Shown piece after piece: positions 51,880-64,000 of a stretch of 64,000 nucleotides of DNA. The notes below the pieces were generated by a model. It was not told where the DNA came from and did no database searches. It was given only the letters and a program-made list of their open reading frames with translations. This DNA is from Octopus sinensis. Taxonomy: Eukaryota. The first letter of the stretch is position 1; each line of letters begins with the position of its first letter. Made by a program: the position numbers and the translations under genes. The stretch covers positions 72,044,001 through 72,108,000 of the forward strand of contig NC_042998.1 of assembly GCF_006345805.1 (NCBI RefSeq), written 5' to 3'.

Positions 51880-52900
51880 ACGGCGAAGTACTTAGGGCGT
51901 TGCACTCACGATCGCGAGATCCTTGTTTCAACACTTAATTTCACGTTCATAAGCAATCTCTTCAAAACCTGACGAGTGGAACACCGTGCATCCTTTCGGG
52001 CAGCGTCAATTTCACAGAGGGAGTGAGCTAATGCACAGAAAAATGCGTCTTATCACTATAAAAATATCATTTGTGCAAGTCGTTCTGCTAAAGCTGAACG
52101 CTCATACATCGTCTTCGATGGGAGAGGTCCATCTTACACATATTCCTTTTAGGAATTGTGAATCTAACGGCAAATAAAAGTGGAATACACTTGTAGGCAT
52201 GACATGCGTTCTACCATGAAACAGAAACAATTCGTCCTTCTCGCGTCATACTAACTCATAGGACTGGATTTCCAGTTTCCATGGCATATATATCCCTCCA
52301 CTCCGGCCGGAGAACCGGTCCGTCGCAGGATTACTCATTTTTATCAGCTGAGTTGACTGGAGCAACGGGAAATCAAGTGTTTTGCTCAAGAACACGACAC
52401 GCCGCCAGAATCGAAAGAGGAATTTTGAGATTATGAGTACAACGCCTAAACAACTAAGTCACACGCCTCCGCCGAAGCAGATAAGATATGATAAGAGTGC
52501 ATAAATATTGGGTTTGTAAAATCTTGAGATACACATTTTTTTATGAATTATATTGACGCGAACAGCATAAATTACTCCCCAGGAAAAAATAGTGTCTAAA
52601 GTGGATAAAGGAATTTGAAGGTGCGTATACTATTATTCACGATGTTTATTTCACGATCACTATATTGGGGGCTCGATATCCGGACCGAACGGTGAGATGA
52701 GTTCTTGAGCAAAACACTTGATATCGCTTCATTTCAAGCTGCTCCGTTCCAGTCAGTTATAAATGGGCAACCCTGCGATGGTCTTGAATTTCTAGCAGGG
52801 GAAATGCAGACCTGCTCGTCTAACTAGCCAGGTGGCATCATGCGAAAGTTAAAACGAAGCAAAACGGCTAACAACATCGGATAGTCTGATTGATCACGAT
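51880..52900. mobile_element. Cluster of three old tRNA-SINE copies (+ ~51880-52140, - ~52245-52470, + ~52660-52900), V-domain-like
   Basis: tRNA-like heads; shared ttcttgagcaaaacactt...gctcc.gtc.a.tcag...aaatg.g.aa.cctgcga.gg in opposite orientations. Confidence 0.65.
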
Positions 52901-52983
52901 ATATATATATATATATATATATCTATATATATAACGGGAAGCTTTATGAAAATAAACAAAAGACGAAGGCAGGTGGAAAACAA

Positions 52984-53039
<56 letters not shown>

Positions 53040-53124
53040 CAACAAATTCCTACAGAGAGAACTGTAGCTCAATATCAGGGAGAGAGAATTATATTGTCAA
53101 TAATAAAAGGGTAAAATTAATTAT

Positions 53125-53571
53125 ATATATATACATCTGGAAGATCCTGGAGGGACTTGTCCCAAACTTTGGCATCGAGAGTTACACAAATGCCAGAACT
53201 GGGCGCCACTGCGTGGTGCCTAGGATTCCAAATTTACCATCAAGATGTAGGACAAGATACTGTGATAGCCTGGGTTTCCGAGGCCCACAGCTCTTCAATA
53301 TCCTCCCGAAGAACCTAAGAGACCTGCATGGGGTGGATGCAGATGTCTTTAAAATGAAACTGGATCTCTTCCTGTCAGGTATCCCAGATGAACCAACTTC
53401 ACGGCAGGAGGTGCAGATGAGGGCTGCTGCATCGAACTCTCTCATGCACCAAATGGCAGTTGCTAAAAAGCTTTCGTGAAGTAAAACCAAGTAGCAACAC
53501 CAAATGGCGGTGCCCCAGCATGGCCACATCTCATGAGCTGAAACTAGAATCAATCAATCAATCAATCAATC
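53125..53571 (+). mobile_element. CR1-type LINE 3' end with (AATC)n tail
   Basis: YIWKILEGLVPNFG...RTGRHCVVP...SLGFRGPQLFNILPKNLRD...FKMKLDLFLSGIPDEP...AAASNSL, open to the stop at 53479; 3' UTR stem-loop; (AATC)6. Confidence 0.9.
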
Positions 53572-53599
53572 ATATATATATATGGCAACTGGCGTAACT

Positions 53600-54380
53600 A
53601 TCCATTAACCCAAACTTAATAACAGTAATTATTTTACTACTAAGTTTTCTCCAGTACTGGATATTTTACCTCCAGTTTTGACACGTCTGTTAGCTTTCTT
53701 GATATTTCCACTACTAAAATTACATCGGCATTTACTGTTACCCTCCGCTATAATTACCACGACTAAAATAGTAAATATTCTAGTATTCCACAAGCTCTGG
53801 TGTCTGAATGTTTAGATTATGTATCATCTTATTAAACTGCAATGCCGCTTGAGACTCTTTGGTAATTATTCAGTTGAGCGTAATATTGACTGTGGTTTGA
53901 GAAAAACAACCTCGGTTAGAGTCTCCCACGCTCTCTGTCTGCATAGCCATTCCTTGTACCTGGCCATACACCCACGGGGAAGTAAATTTCTCTGCAATTC
54001 TGAAATCCATACACGCATAATCACTTAGCCACATCTAGATTACACCAATGCTTCTTTCCTTTACAACAATCGCCGCTTCTAAATTTCCGATACGAAATAC
54101 TGTAAAATTCACGTGCATCTTCACTACCTTATTATTCTACGTCATGTCCTACATTTATCTACACAAATAAGGCGTATTCCCAGTTGTAGCTTCTGCAAGG
54201 CTCGTTTCAGAATGCAACATATGTTAATCACTTTCAACGCGCTCAACCACTTCATTAATCTCATTTCAATACCATGCCTTTTCAGATACGGACAGTCCAC
54301 TATAGGCAACACCTACAATAAAAAAAAAAATTGTCTTGTGTTACTCAGACCATAAAATCGCTATTAAGTTCTTCTTTCTA
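53600..54380 (+). mobile_element. Decayed PLE (RT thumb to GIY-YIG) remnant
   Basis: FTSSFDTSVSFLDIS, SIPQA, LAIHP, HFN fragments in order. Confidence 0.45.
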
Positions 54381-54734
54381 ACTCGATGCTGCGTCACATC
54401 TATTTCAGTGTGTGGATCATCTAGATTGCTTATATATCAACGTCGTACATTAATTTAAAATACTCTTTCATTGGTGTTCATATTTAGATGAATGTTTTTG
54501 ATTTTCTAATGTGTTTTCTTACGTACTTTGGGGGCTAACATTCTGTGAGCTTCCCTGTAATGCTGTACGTACATTCATACAAGTTTTCACTTGGACATCC
54601 ACTCTTCCTAAGTACTGTAGAAGGTTATACTTATACACATAAATATTTATAGAGACAGTGAAGCGTGTGTGAAAATGGGAATATGTGAGCATAATACTCA
54701 ACTTTCACTATGGGTATTTATGTGCGATACGAAG

Positions 54735-54817
<83 letters not shown>

Positions 54818-55249
54818 TATATATATATGTATATATGCATATATATATGTATATATAACTGAGTATATTTTTACCATGCGTGTGTTGGGTTTACCAGCAG
54901 CTCGATTTCGACCATAGACGTGCGAATGAATATTCAGTGTTATTCACGAAATTCTTGTGGTCACTGAACTGGGTAAATGAAATATCTTCCATCTGCATTC
55001 ATTTAACAAATATTCTCACTTCCCGCACGTACCAACCTTTCTCCTTCCTTTCTCTGTCATCTTCTCTTCACCTCTTCCATCAACGCTTCTCAAACAGTTT
55101 TCCTCTGCCCATTTCACACTTATCTTTCTCCAGCAACTTCCCTCCTACTTTAACCTTGCTTCTTTTCACGAATGCTGCTGGACAATTTTACAGATTTTCT
55201 TCATCATATAAGGAATCGATACTTTTGTAAATGTCAGAATAATAATTTC

Positions 55250-56060
55250 GACGTTTATAGAATCAACAACTTTATTGATAGAGGATAGTATTACTTGGTC
55301 TGTGGGATTTTTGCAGAATCCAATGAAATGCCAAACACTTCATATATCATTTCAGGTTCGCTCAACGCATCTGCAACACTTTTTGGCTGCCAAATCTTGC
55401 TAAAAGAAATTAGTCGTTCTCTCAATTCTCTAACATGAAGTAAATGATCATCCCAGTCATGTTCTTCTCAGTTCTGCAGTAGAATAGCAATTGTAGATTT
55501 TTAGTTCCATCACTGTGCGTTAAAGTGATGAATGTATTATAACACTAGCATTGACATCTTCCTTCAAAATATGAAGAAAATGTCGAAATCATCTTGAAAT
55601 ATAACCTTATTGTCAAGAGTAAATAATTTGCAAGAGATTGTAAAATATGTAATCGACAGCTTCGTAAACATACCTCGCAATTTGTAGGGATTCATACTAA
55701 AGTATAAAAACACTATGCTTCTTATATGTCAGCTTTATCACACGAACCCAAATTACACGTTGTATGGTTATTAAGTTTTACACGGAAATCATTATTAGTA
55801 TCGCAAAATATTCTATCATGCATAGTAATAACAACATCAGGGCCACCAATTGGGATGGAATATTTACAATCTTTAAAAAGTTTTTAGAGAAGATCTAGCT
55901 ATCATAGTGAGTAAAATCTCCAATTATACATCCGTAAGAAACTATCAACGAAAATATAGCACCGCAGCTGAAACCTAACATTGAAATATCGCACCATAGT
56001 ACTAAAAGAGAAAACAGATAACGCGGCTTCTATCCAGAGAGTTACAAAGGAATTAAGAAT
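55250..56060 (-). mobile_element. Decayed PLE RT remnant
   Basis: Minus-strand PIGGP (RPIVAGP-like) and TVM.tk (GTAMGTK-like) fragments. Confidence 0.4.
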
Positions 56061-56177
56061 AATACACGTATATGTACACACACACACACACGCACACACA
56101 CACACGCGCAGATGTATATATATGAATATATATATATATATATATATTTATCTCTCTCTCTCTCTCTCTCTCTCTCT

Positions 56178-56230
<53 letters not shown>

Positions 56231-56589
56231 ATATATGTATGTATGTATTTATAGCATGTCCCAAATGGTTTACAATGATTCAACTATCTCTTTCGCATTC
56301 ATATATTAACAGTTTAGATCTTAATTACAAAAAAAATATAAAACCATTATTCATTATTCTATGATACAAATAATACATTTCTAGATATCTCAGGGAGATT
56401 ACACACAATAAAGTTGTGGGTGTTGTCAACTTAATGTGGTAGCCCTATGAAAGGGAAGAATACTATTGGTATTTAGCCCTAGGACTGTCACATTACGTTG
56501 ACAACGTAACACCACATTATTCTACGCTAATTTATTTAATTTTGTCAAGCACCCTTTTCTGTTTGTAAGATAGAAATTTAAACGCGATA

Positions 56590-57140
56590 ACATGCTTTAA
56601 AAGAAATTTAAAATGCCTACGTGATTTACTTTTATGGGAAAGAATGCTCGAATGAAAGAACTTGCAGAAGATGGTTTGCAAAATTCAGAAGTGGGGATTT
56701 CACTCTTGAAGATGAAGATCGAACAGGCCGTCCAGTTGAGTTTGAAAAGCTCCTTGCGGCATTACTTGAAGGAAATCCTGCATTATCAGATGAAAATTTG
56801 GCAATAAAGCTTACTTCCAACCATACACCTGTTCATCGTCATCTTCAACAACTTAGAAAGATTCCTAAACTTGGAAAATGTGTGCCTCATGAAATGTCCG
56901 AAAGCAACGTGAATCCCTAGTTGATATCTGCTATTCTTTCCATTCTCGCGAACTCATTTCACCGTTTTTGGATAGACTTGTGACTGGTGACGAAAAATGA
57001 ATCTTTTATCGAAATGTTAAACGTCGTAAACAGTGGCTTGGTAAAAGGGAAAAACCTCAGCCACGACCGAGAAGAGAAATTCATGGGAAAAAGATTCTTC
57101 TCTCTCTCTATCTGGTGAGATTGCTAAGAAGTAATTACTT
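56590..57140 (+). mobile_element. Mariner transposase fragment (HTH plus first catalytic Asp), truncated
   Basis: ERTCRRWFAKFRSGDFTLEDEDRTGRP, KLGKCVPHEMS (WVPHEL), FLDRLVTGDEK*IFYRN.KRRKQW. Confidence 0.92.
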
Positions 57141-58499
57141 TGAATTGCATCATATTGCATCATATTACTGATTGTCAAAGTGCTTACATCTATTAATAGA
57201 TTATTGTTTCATGACTGGATGAGAAATGACACCTTGTTATGTCACATTTTACTGTTGGAATTTACAATAGATGTTTCCACATCCCTAATTACCCTTTGTT
57301 TACATTAATATATTTAAATTGTTTATTCTAGCGCAGTAGTTCTCGACTAGGTTCCGTATAAGATTGTCGGAGATTCACGCTAGAAATCTATAGTAAATTG
57401 GGGATCCACAGTTCCTGTTAGATGTATATATTGTTATGTATTGAAAAAGCAGCTAGGTTTCATATGTAATATTTTACATAGTTCAACCTACACAGGTTAA
57501 TGTGTGAAAAGTAAAGTGGGTGTTTTGAATGAAGTTTCATAAAACTAGTTTTAAAATATCAAATGGCTAAGGAATGCACCAGAATGGAGTAGCAATCAAA
57601 GGTGTTCATAGGTAAAAAGAAAATGTCTAGAGTATGGCAAATTTACTATGTAGTGGAGAAGATACATGAAACTATTTTCTAGTTCCATTTACGAAATATA
57701 CCGTTGACAAATGCAATCAGACATTAAGTAACTTTTCCTACTTTAAAAAAGGAAAACGAAAACAGTGTAGTAAGTTGAGATGCGAGAGTGATTGAGTGTG
57801 TGTGTGGGTGTGAGTGCGTGTCTGTGTGTGAGTGTGCGTGAGAGAGATAGAGAAAAAGAGAGCAATTACACCACTTCGAAGCGCACTCTAAGGTAAGAGT
57901 GTTTCAGTGCACTTACTTTTCAACATGACCAACATATGAAAATTTGATGGGATTATGTTTTAGAAATAAGTACGCAATTGAAAATGAAATCCGGTATTTT
58001 GGCATTCAATTTGAGAAGTCATGTGTGTGTTCATATAGGCACATTTGTTCGCATGCTTCTACTTGCAATAAATATACTTAAATACAACGCCACTCTAATA
58101 GTTATATCTATACTTCAATGCGTTCGTCTAATGCTATCATACGGTGCCTAATCAGTAGATAATAATACATCATAAAATAAATTGACCATCACTGTCATAA
58201 TAAAGCGTGATGTCAAGACCTTCTAACCTATTAATTTACAATCCTCATACAGTGTTATGACTATATGAAAAACCTATGAGCGATGTTCTCCTCCAAGATG
58301 AATAGCATAATTGTAATATATTCCAATTTTTATAACAATTGCCCATCTAGCGTGTTCTGCTAGCATGGCGTACGTTAAGTCTAAATCGCAAGCAATTATA
58401 TTTTAGAACTGATACATAAAATTTACGTAATTAAGAAAATTCATACATACATTACAAACATATCCTGGAAAAGTATATTTATTAACTAGCCAGTAGTTA

Positions 58500-59500
58500 A
58501 AACACATTCAAACTAAAAATATTTTTACAAGCAGAAGTCTTCTGTGTAACAATGGAAGTGAATGTTTCAAACATTTGTTTGTTAATTTGCCGAATTGTTT
58601 GTTAATTCTTCCTCATCCATTATAAAATCTATTGACTTGTAGGAATGGCAGTTTCCTAGAACAGACTGTAACAACTGCCAGCTGTACTTTGCAATATCTT
58701 TCGAAAAATTACATATGTATTAAATAATGATGCATCGATTCAGAATGTAGCATTTTCTTTGTTGGACCAATATAACGAATAGTGTTTGGAGGTAATTTTC
58801 TGTCTGTATTATATACCAATTATTTGGCAAATTATTAAGACAGCCAGTCTTCAAAGAGATGGACGGTCATATTCATAGACACCTTGGAGATTCTTGGCGA
58901 TTTGGGAGAGACAAGAATTTCATCGGCGTCCTTATGCTTTTGAAATCAGAGGAAGTGTCTAATAGATGTCCCTGCATACATCTCCAATGTGTGAACTTTA
59001 GTCGGCAAGTTTTTCAAATCCGGTTGAGTATCCCTAGATTTCACTTTTATCATTTTCTCCTTATCCGAAACAATTATTTGATAACTTTCTACAGCGATAA
59101 AATGCTATGCATGTATAAAATTTGCGCCAGTAAAAGAGAACCTTAAGCAGAAATCGTTGTCAGTTACTGTAAGATATGCGAATGAAATGTCTGAAGAATC
59201 GACTGCAATTACTATGCTTGTACATTGTGAGAATTCGGCAAGTAATTAACTGCCCAGAAATGTATTTCCATGCCCCAAAGAAATTTTAATAAAATCTCCA
59301 GTTTTTGTTTCTGAAAAAAGAATGACATATATCCATCTTGTCTGCAGTGAATTCGGGCTCATGACAACCAATTTATAATCACTATGTGTCACGTAGACCT
59401 ATATGTTTTACAGTTCTCTTAATCGCTCATTGACTTCAGCATGGTGCGAATTAGAGTGGTCATATTTTTGAAGTACTTGACGTTTTATATTTTTTAATAT
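58500..59500 (-). pseudogene. Decayed hAT (Tip100/ZMYM-like) transposase remnant
   Basis: Minus-strand GDFIK (GNFL-like), AVDSSDIS (VDSTPDIS-like), CR-G..D (CRGQSYD-like). Confidence 0.4.
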
Positions 59501-60354
59501 TTTCTCAGTATGTAAAAGGCTGCTTGTAGGATTCACTGACGTATATTATTTCAATCTGTACGTCCTCAGATTAACTTTAATACACACGGGACACTCCCAG
59601 CTTGTCACTGTTAGGACTATATCAAGCTAGGTTTCAGCAGGAATGCTTTCATTCTACATCTCTACCACATGATATTGCTTGTATAAGAAGGAACCTGATA
59701 GTAAATCAACGTGGTTGCGAGAGGCTCGTTTTTATTTTCTCGCAACCTGAATAATGGCTATAGGTAACTAGTTATAATAGGAGAAACACCGTGAGACAGT
59801 TCTATAGTAAAGCAAATTACATTTATAAATGTTCGGTATATCTAAAAGATTTCGTTATTGAAGGAACATAACAAAACTGTTTTACTCGAAATGTTATGTC
59901 TATTAATAATGTTTGATACACTTTTATTTGGACAAAAGTTAATGCAAATATTGTAGGGCACTAATGTACTCCAATTAGTTTACCGATTCTATTTTCCTTC
60001 ATTTTTCTGCTGGAGTTACATTTAGAAAAAGAAACACACACACATACGCACGCACGCACACACACACACATACACACACATACACACACACACACGCACA
60101 CACGCAGACACACACACAGACAAATATACTTCTGTAGCATGGCAGGATGCAAAATAAAGTCGCAAACAAGATGCTAATAATTATCCAAGTATCCATTCCA
60201 TTGTGATAGAATATTTATGAATAAACTTCTTGCATCTCTTTTGAGAATGAATCTATACTCTACATATCACGAACCTCATAATGCTTATGAATTGAGATTC
60301 ATGTTATCGGAAAAATAACACAAAGTAGGTTTTTCTAAGAATGAGTTCAGTGAA

Positions 60355-60507
<153 letters not shown>

Positions 60508-61588
60508 CGTATGTATGTAGGTATGTATGTACGTATGCATGTATGCATGTATGCCTGTGTATGTGTGTATAAGCATAACAGAATATGCTTTTAACATATT
60601 GTTTTATTGAAAACAATATATACAATGTTATTTGAGGGAAATGATGTGATATAGCAATGTTTGTTTAAGGGAATTATTATATCAACATAATGCTCTTGTT
60701 AAATCCCTGAAAAAAAAAACAGAAAAAAGTAAACATATTTGTATAACTGATGTAAATGTATCTATTCGAGACGAATTATTTCAAGTAAATAACTGATTTA
60801 TAGGACATTTTCATTACTGTAGTAGGCCATAAGCGGATGAAACTATAGTTGTAACGGCATATATCATTATGTTTGTAAACGTATAATTTTGTTTAAGAAT
60901 AACTAAGCAACATATGACGGTATATTTACCAATATATATACAATATTTATAACGTTAAATGCATTGATCAATCATTCTAACATATTTAACTGCGAGATTA
61001 TATAAAAGAAAAATAATTAGTGATTCCATATTATCTATAATCTAATTATTTTCTAATCCTAACGATATAAATGTTTCTTATTTAACTCATCTTATACTAC
61101 TTTGCATTCAAGCGAAATAGCATATTTGCATATATTTTTAGGTTGTACCATTCGAAGAAATATTTAATACATCTGCAGAAAATATCCGAAATTTATATAC
61201 ATATATGATACATATATGATATTAATATATATATTTACTGATACACGCACACACACACACACCACACACACACACACACACATATACATTCAAACATATC
61301 ATATTCAAAATTCTGTTTAGAGATATCTCGTTGTTCACTATTCTTCGTTTTTTTATTATATCCATTTAGTTCAGTGTGTCACATATATCTTCCTGTAAGT
61401 AGTTTATATAGTCATAATTGCTTTACTTTGTAAATGAGGATACGTAAAATCAATACATTTGAAATACCTGTTAACTAATAGATATTATGTTAAATTAGAA
61501 CACAGAAGAACCTATCAAATGTTAAATTGCCATGATTCGTTTCCTCTACCCTTTCTTCCTTTTCTTCTTGCTCTACTTATTAGTAGGG

Positions 61589-61666
61589 ATATTATTATTA
61601 TTATTACTTTTATTATCGTCATTATCCTTATGTTTATTATAAGTTGTAGAACACGCATAGAAGAAC

Positions 61667-61715
<49 letters not shown>

Positions 61716-61797
61716 TGTAGTAGTAGTAGTTGTTGTTGTAGTCGTAGTAGTTGTAGTAGTAGTGGTAATAGTAGTTGTTGTTGTAGTAGTAGTAGCC
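61589..61797. repeat. (TTA)n/(TAG)n/(TTG)n compound trinucleotide repeat
   Basis: Direct reading. Confidence 0.9.
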
Positions 61798-62001
61798 TAA
61801 TTCGACCTGTGTGCTTGATATCGAAGAAACAACTGCTAAATCACTCTCTATAGATAGTAAATAGCCAAGGAGACATTTCATAAAATTTTCACGTATGTAC
61901 TGAAATTAGAATATTCTGGGTTGTAACAATGTGGCTCATATATCTACTAAACAAGAGTCTACATAAGAATATACATACACAAACACAAATGCACGCAGAT
62001 A

Positions 62002-63010
62002 TATTGGGTAGGCCAACAATCCATTCTAAAATTCAAGCACTCTAATAAGTAGTTAAATATATACACATTACTCGATTCTTGAAACTTCAATGTAATTCAA
62101 CGAAAACACGTGAAACTATATTTGTGTGCATGGGTTTACTCTGAAAATGGAGTGCCAGAACAACATTATCGACACCTCACGTTTTTTCATTCTGAAAAGG
62201 ATAAATACGTGGTGGAAACCTGCATAAAGATGTACAGAGAAGCTGCTATCGCGTGATGTGTGTACCAGCAGAGGGCTTTCATAATTTTAATCGGGAAACT
62301 TTTCGGTCCTCGACCTTGTCTGTCAGCTTAGATTAAGATCAAGAAAAGAGTTAAACGATACCGACCACCCCTTTATACGACTAAGATGATCGCAGATATT
62401 ATTTATAGAAGCAAATCATATATATCAAACTTGGTTACATCAGCAGTCTGTGTGTCCTGCTTCCACATCAATTGAATGAGGAATCCAAGTGTTTTCCATC
62501 GGCGCTTCGTTGGAGAAACGTTAAAATAAACTCAACTTAAGAAAAGCATGTGCTAATAGGAGACAGAAATGGATACTCTAAGACAATGTGAATCGCAAAC
62601 TATCATAGGCTCAGTGTGGTGAATAATCACAAGCAACATCCAAAGCAGACTTCATTCAAAAGATTTTAATTTGGTGTAGTTTTAAGGGTTTTGTCTTTAC
62701 GAGCTCTGCTAACGGACAGGACCATCTGTTCTGTTGTGTACAGGTACCAGTTCGAGAAATTAAATGCAGTGATCAACCAGAAACCTACAGTGCTTGCAAA
62801 TCATAAGGCCGTTGCCTTTAATGACAACAATATCAGATCACACACTTCAGATACGTTTGAATTTATTGGGGATTGACTGAGAACATTTCTATCATCCTTC
62901 ATATTCGACTGACCTTGCTCAGGTTTATACCTCTTTAGATTCTTTCTTGTGAATAATTATATAATCTAAACGGATATTTGAGGAAGTTTCAGAAGTATAA
63001 TCTTTAAAAC
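62002..63010 (+). mobile_element. Decayed mariner element
   Basis: TIR-like tattgggtaggccaa at ~62002; LPHQLNE, GD..WIL*DNV.RK, DNNIRSHTS (DNARPHT), HPSYSTDLA (HPPYSPDLA). Confidence 0.8.
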
Positions 63011-63890
63011 AACCGACTTCTCATTTAAAGTTATATCTGGTAGAACGTGCCACTAGACGAAATTAACGGCGGAAACTCCAGGGTTAACAACCGTATGACT
63101 TTTCATTATTTTGAAGAAAGGCGTGTATTGAACGAAAGGACTAAGGAATGAAAGAGCAATACCAGAAGAGGTTATAATAGGCAGTTCATCAAGAAAATTT
63201 ATATAAGGAGTAATGTTCATCGATAGCCGGACAATTAATAGGGCATGCTTATTTGGTATCTTATTCATGAAAACCAATATAACTAATGATTTAAATCCAC
63301 CTGAACTTTATATGCAAAAATAAAGTTAGAACCATAATGCTTCCAATTATTATTTTGTATGTTTGCATATTGACGAAACATTTCAACGTAAGATCTTAAT
63401 CGTTGTGTTATGAAGAAAAATGTTTGCTTTGTTCGGCTAATTTTATTCGGAATATCCTTCAACAAAATTAGGTTATTTATGAAGGATAACAGAAATTGTA
63501 GTTGGTAAGGGAACAATAAATAATTCGCGATTATTTGTAAAATATATTGAAACAAATACTTGATTGGAAATATATCTTATCGATCTTTGAATTATGAAAA
63601 GTGAACTCACATAGATAGGATTTGATCTCAGAATATTCGCCGTGACTGGGTAATACATCAAGTGTAACATAAGTTAAAAGCATTCATAAAAATGTGTGCA
63701 TTATTTTCCTTAAAGAAATCTCGCCCTTAACCTAAAGATACGGAATGTATTTACTATGTATTGCATTGACGGTTGAATCCATGAGCAGTATTATATTTTC
63801 CAATGTTTACAACCTATTGAAGAGTGTGTGTAAGTATAACACACACACATAAATACAATCGTAAATATACATACACACACACACACACAC

Positions 63891-63932
<42 letters not shown>

Positions 63933-64000
63933 TCGCACACATATCTATACGTATGTCTGAATACATTCTTGGCGCACATATATTTATGCATGTTTATGTA

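Noticed and set aside
63050-63790. PLE N-terminal remnant on the minus strand
   Set aside because: Coding-like but no motif clear enough to support a call.

Overview
AT-rich, microsatellite-saturated eukaryotic DNA, most likely an octopus or related cephalopod (inferred from the SINE families and the (TA)n/(CATA)n/(TATC)n/(TTA)n density). I found no convincing host protein-coding exon; nearly all long ORFs in the track are translated microsatellites. The window is a graveyard of transposable elements: about ten Penelope-like element (PLE) remnants (RT and GIY-YIG pieces, one Naiad-like), R4/Dong-type RLE retrotransposon ends sitting in (TTA)n, two RTE-type LINEs, a Tx1/L1-type 3' end, a CR1-type 3' end, two mariners, decayed hAT transposases and several tRNA-derived SINE families. 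The most interesting signals are non-coding. (1) There are minimal type-I hammerhead ribozymes, including a near-identical pair at the ends of a 2.3-kb PLE fold-back. (2) A tRNA-headed SINE-like element carries a Penelope-type hammerhead in its tail and is inserted head-to-head like a PLE, making it a candidate PLE-mobilised ribozyme SINE. (3) Two other SINE families have 3' tails matching the Tx1/L1-type and CR1-type LINE ends in this same window. All protein-family calls are by-eye motif recognition, not database hits, and boundaries of decayed elements are approximate.
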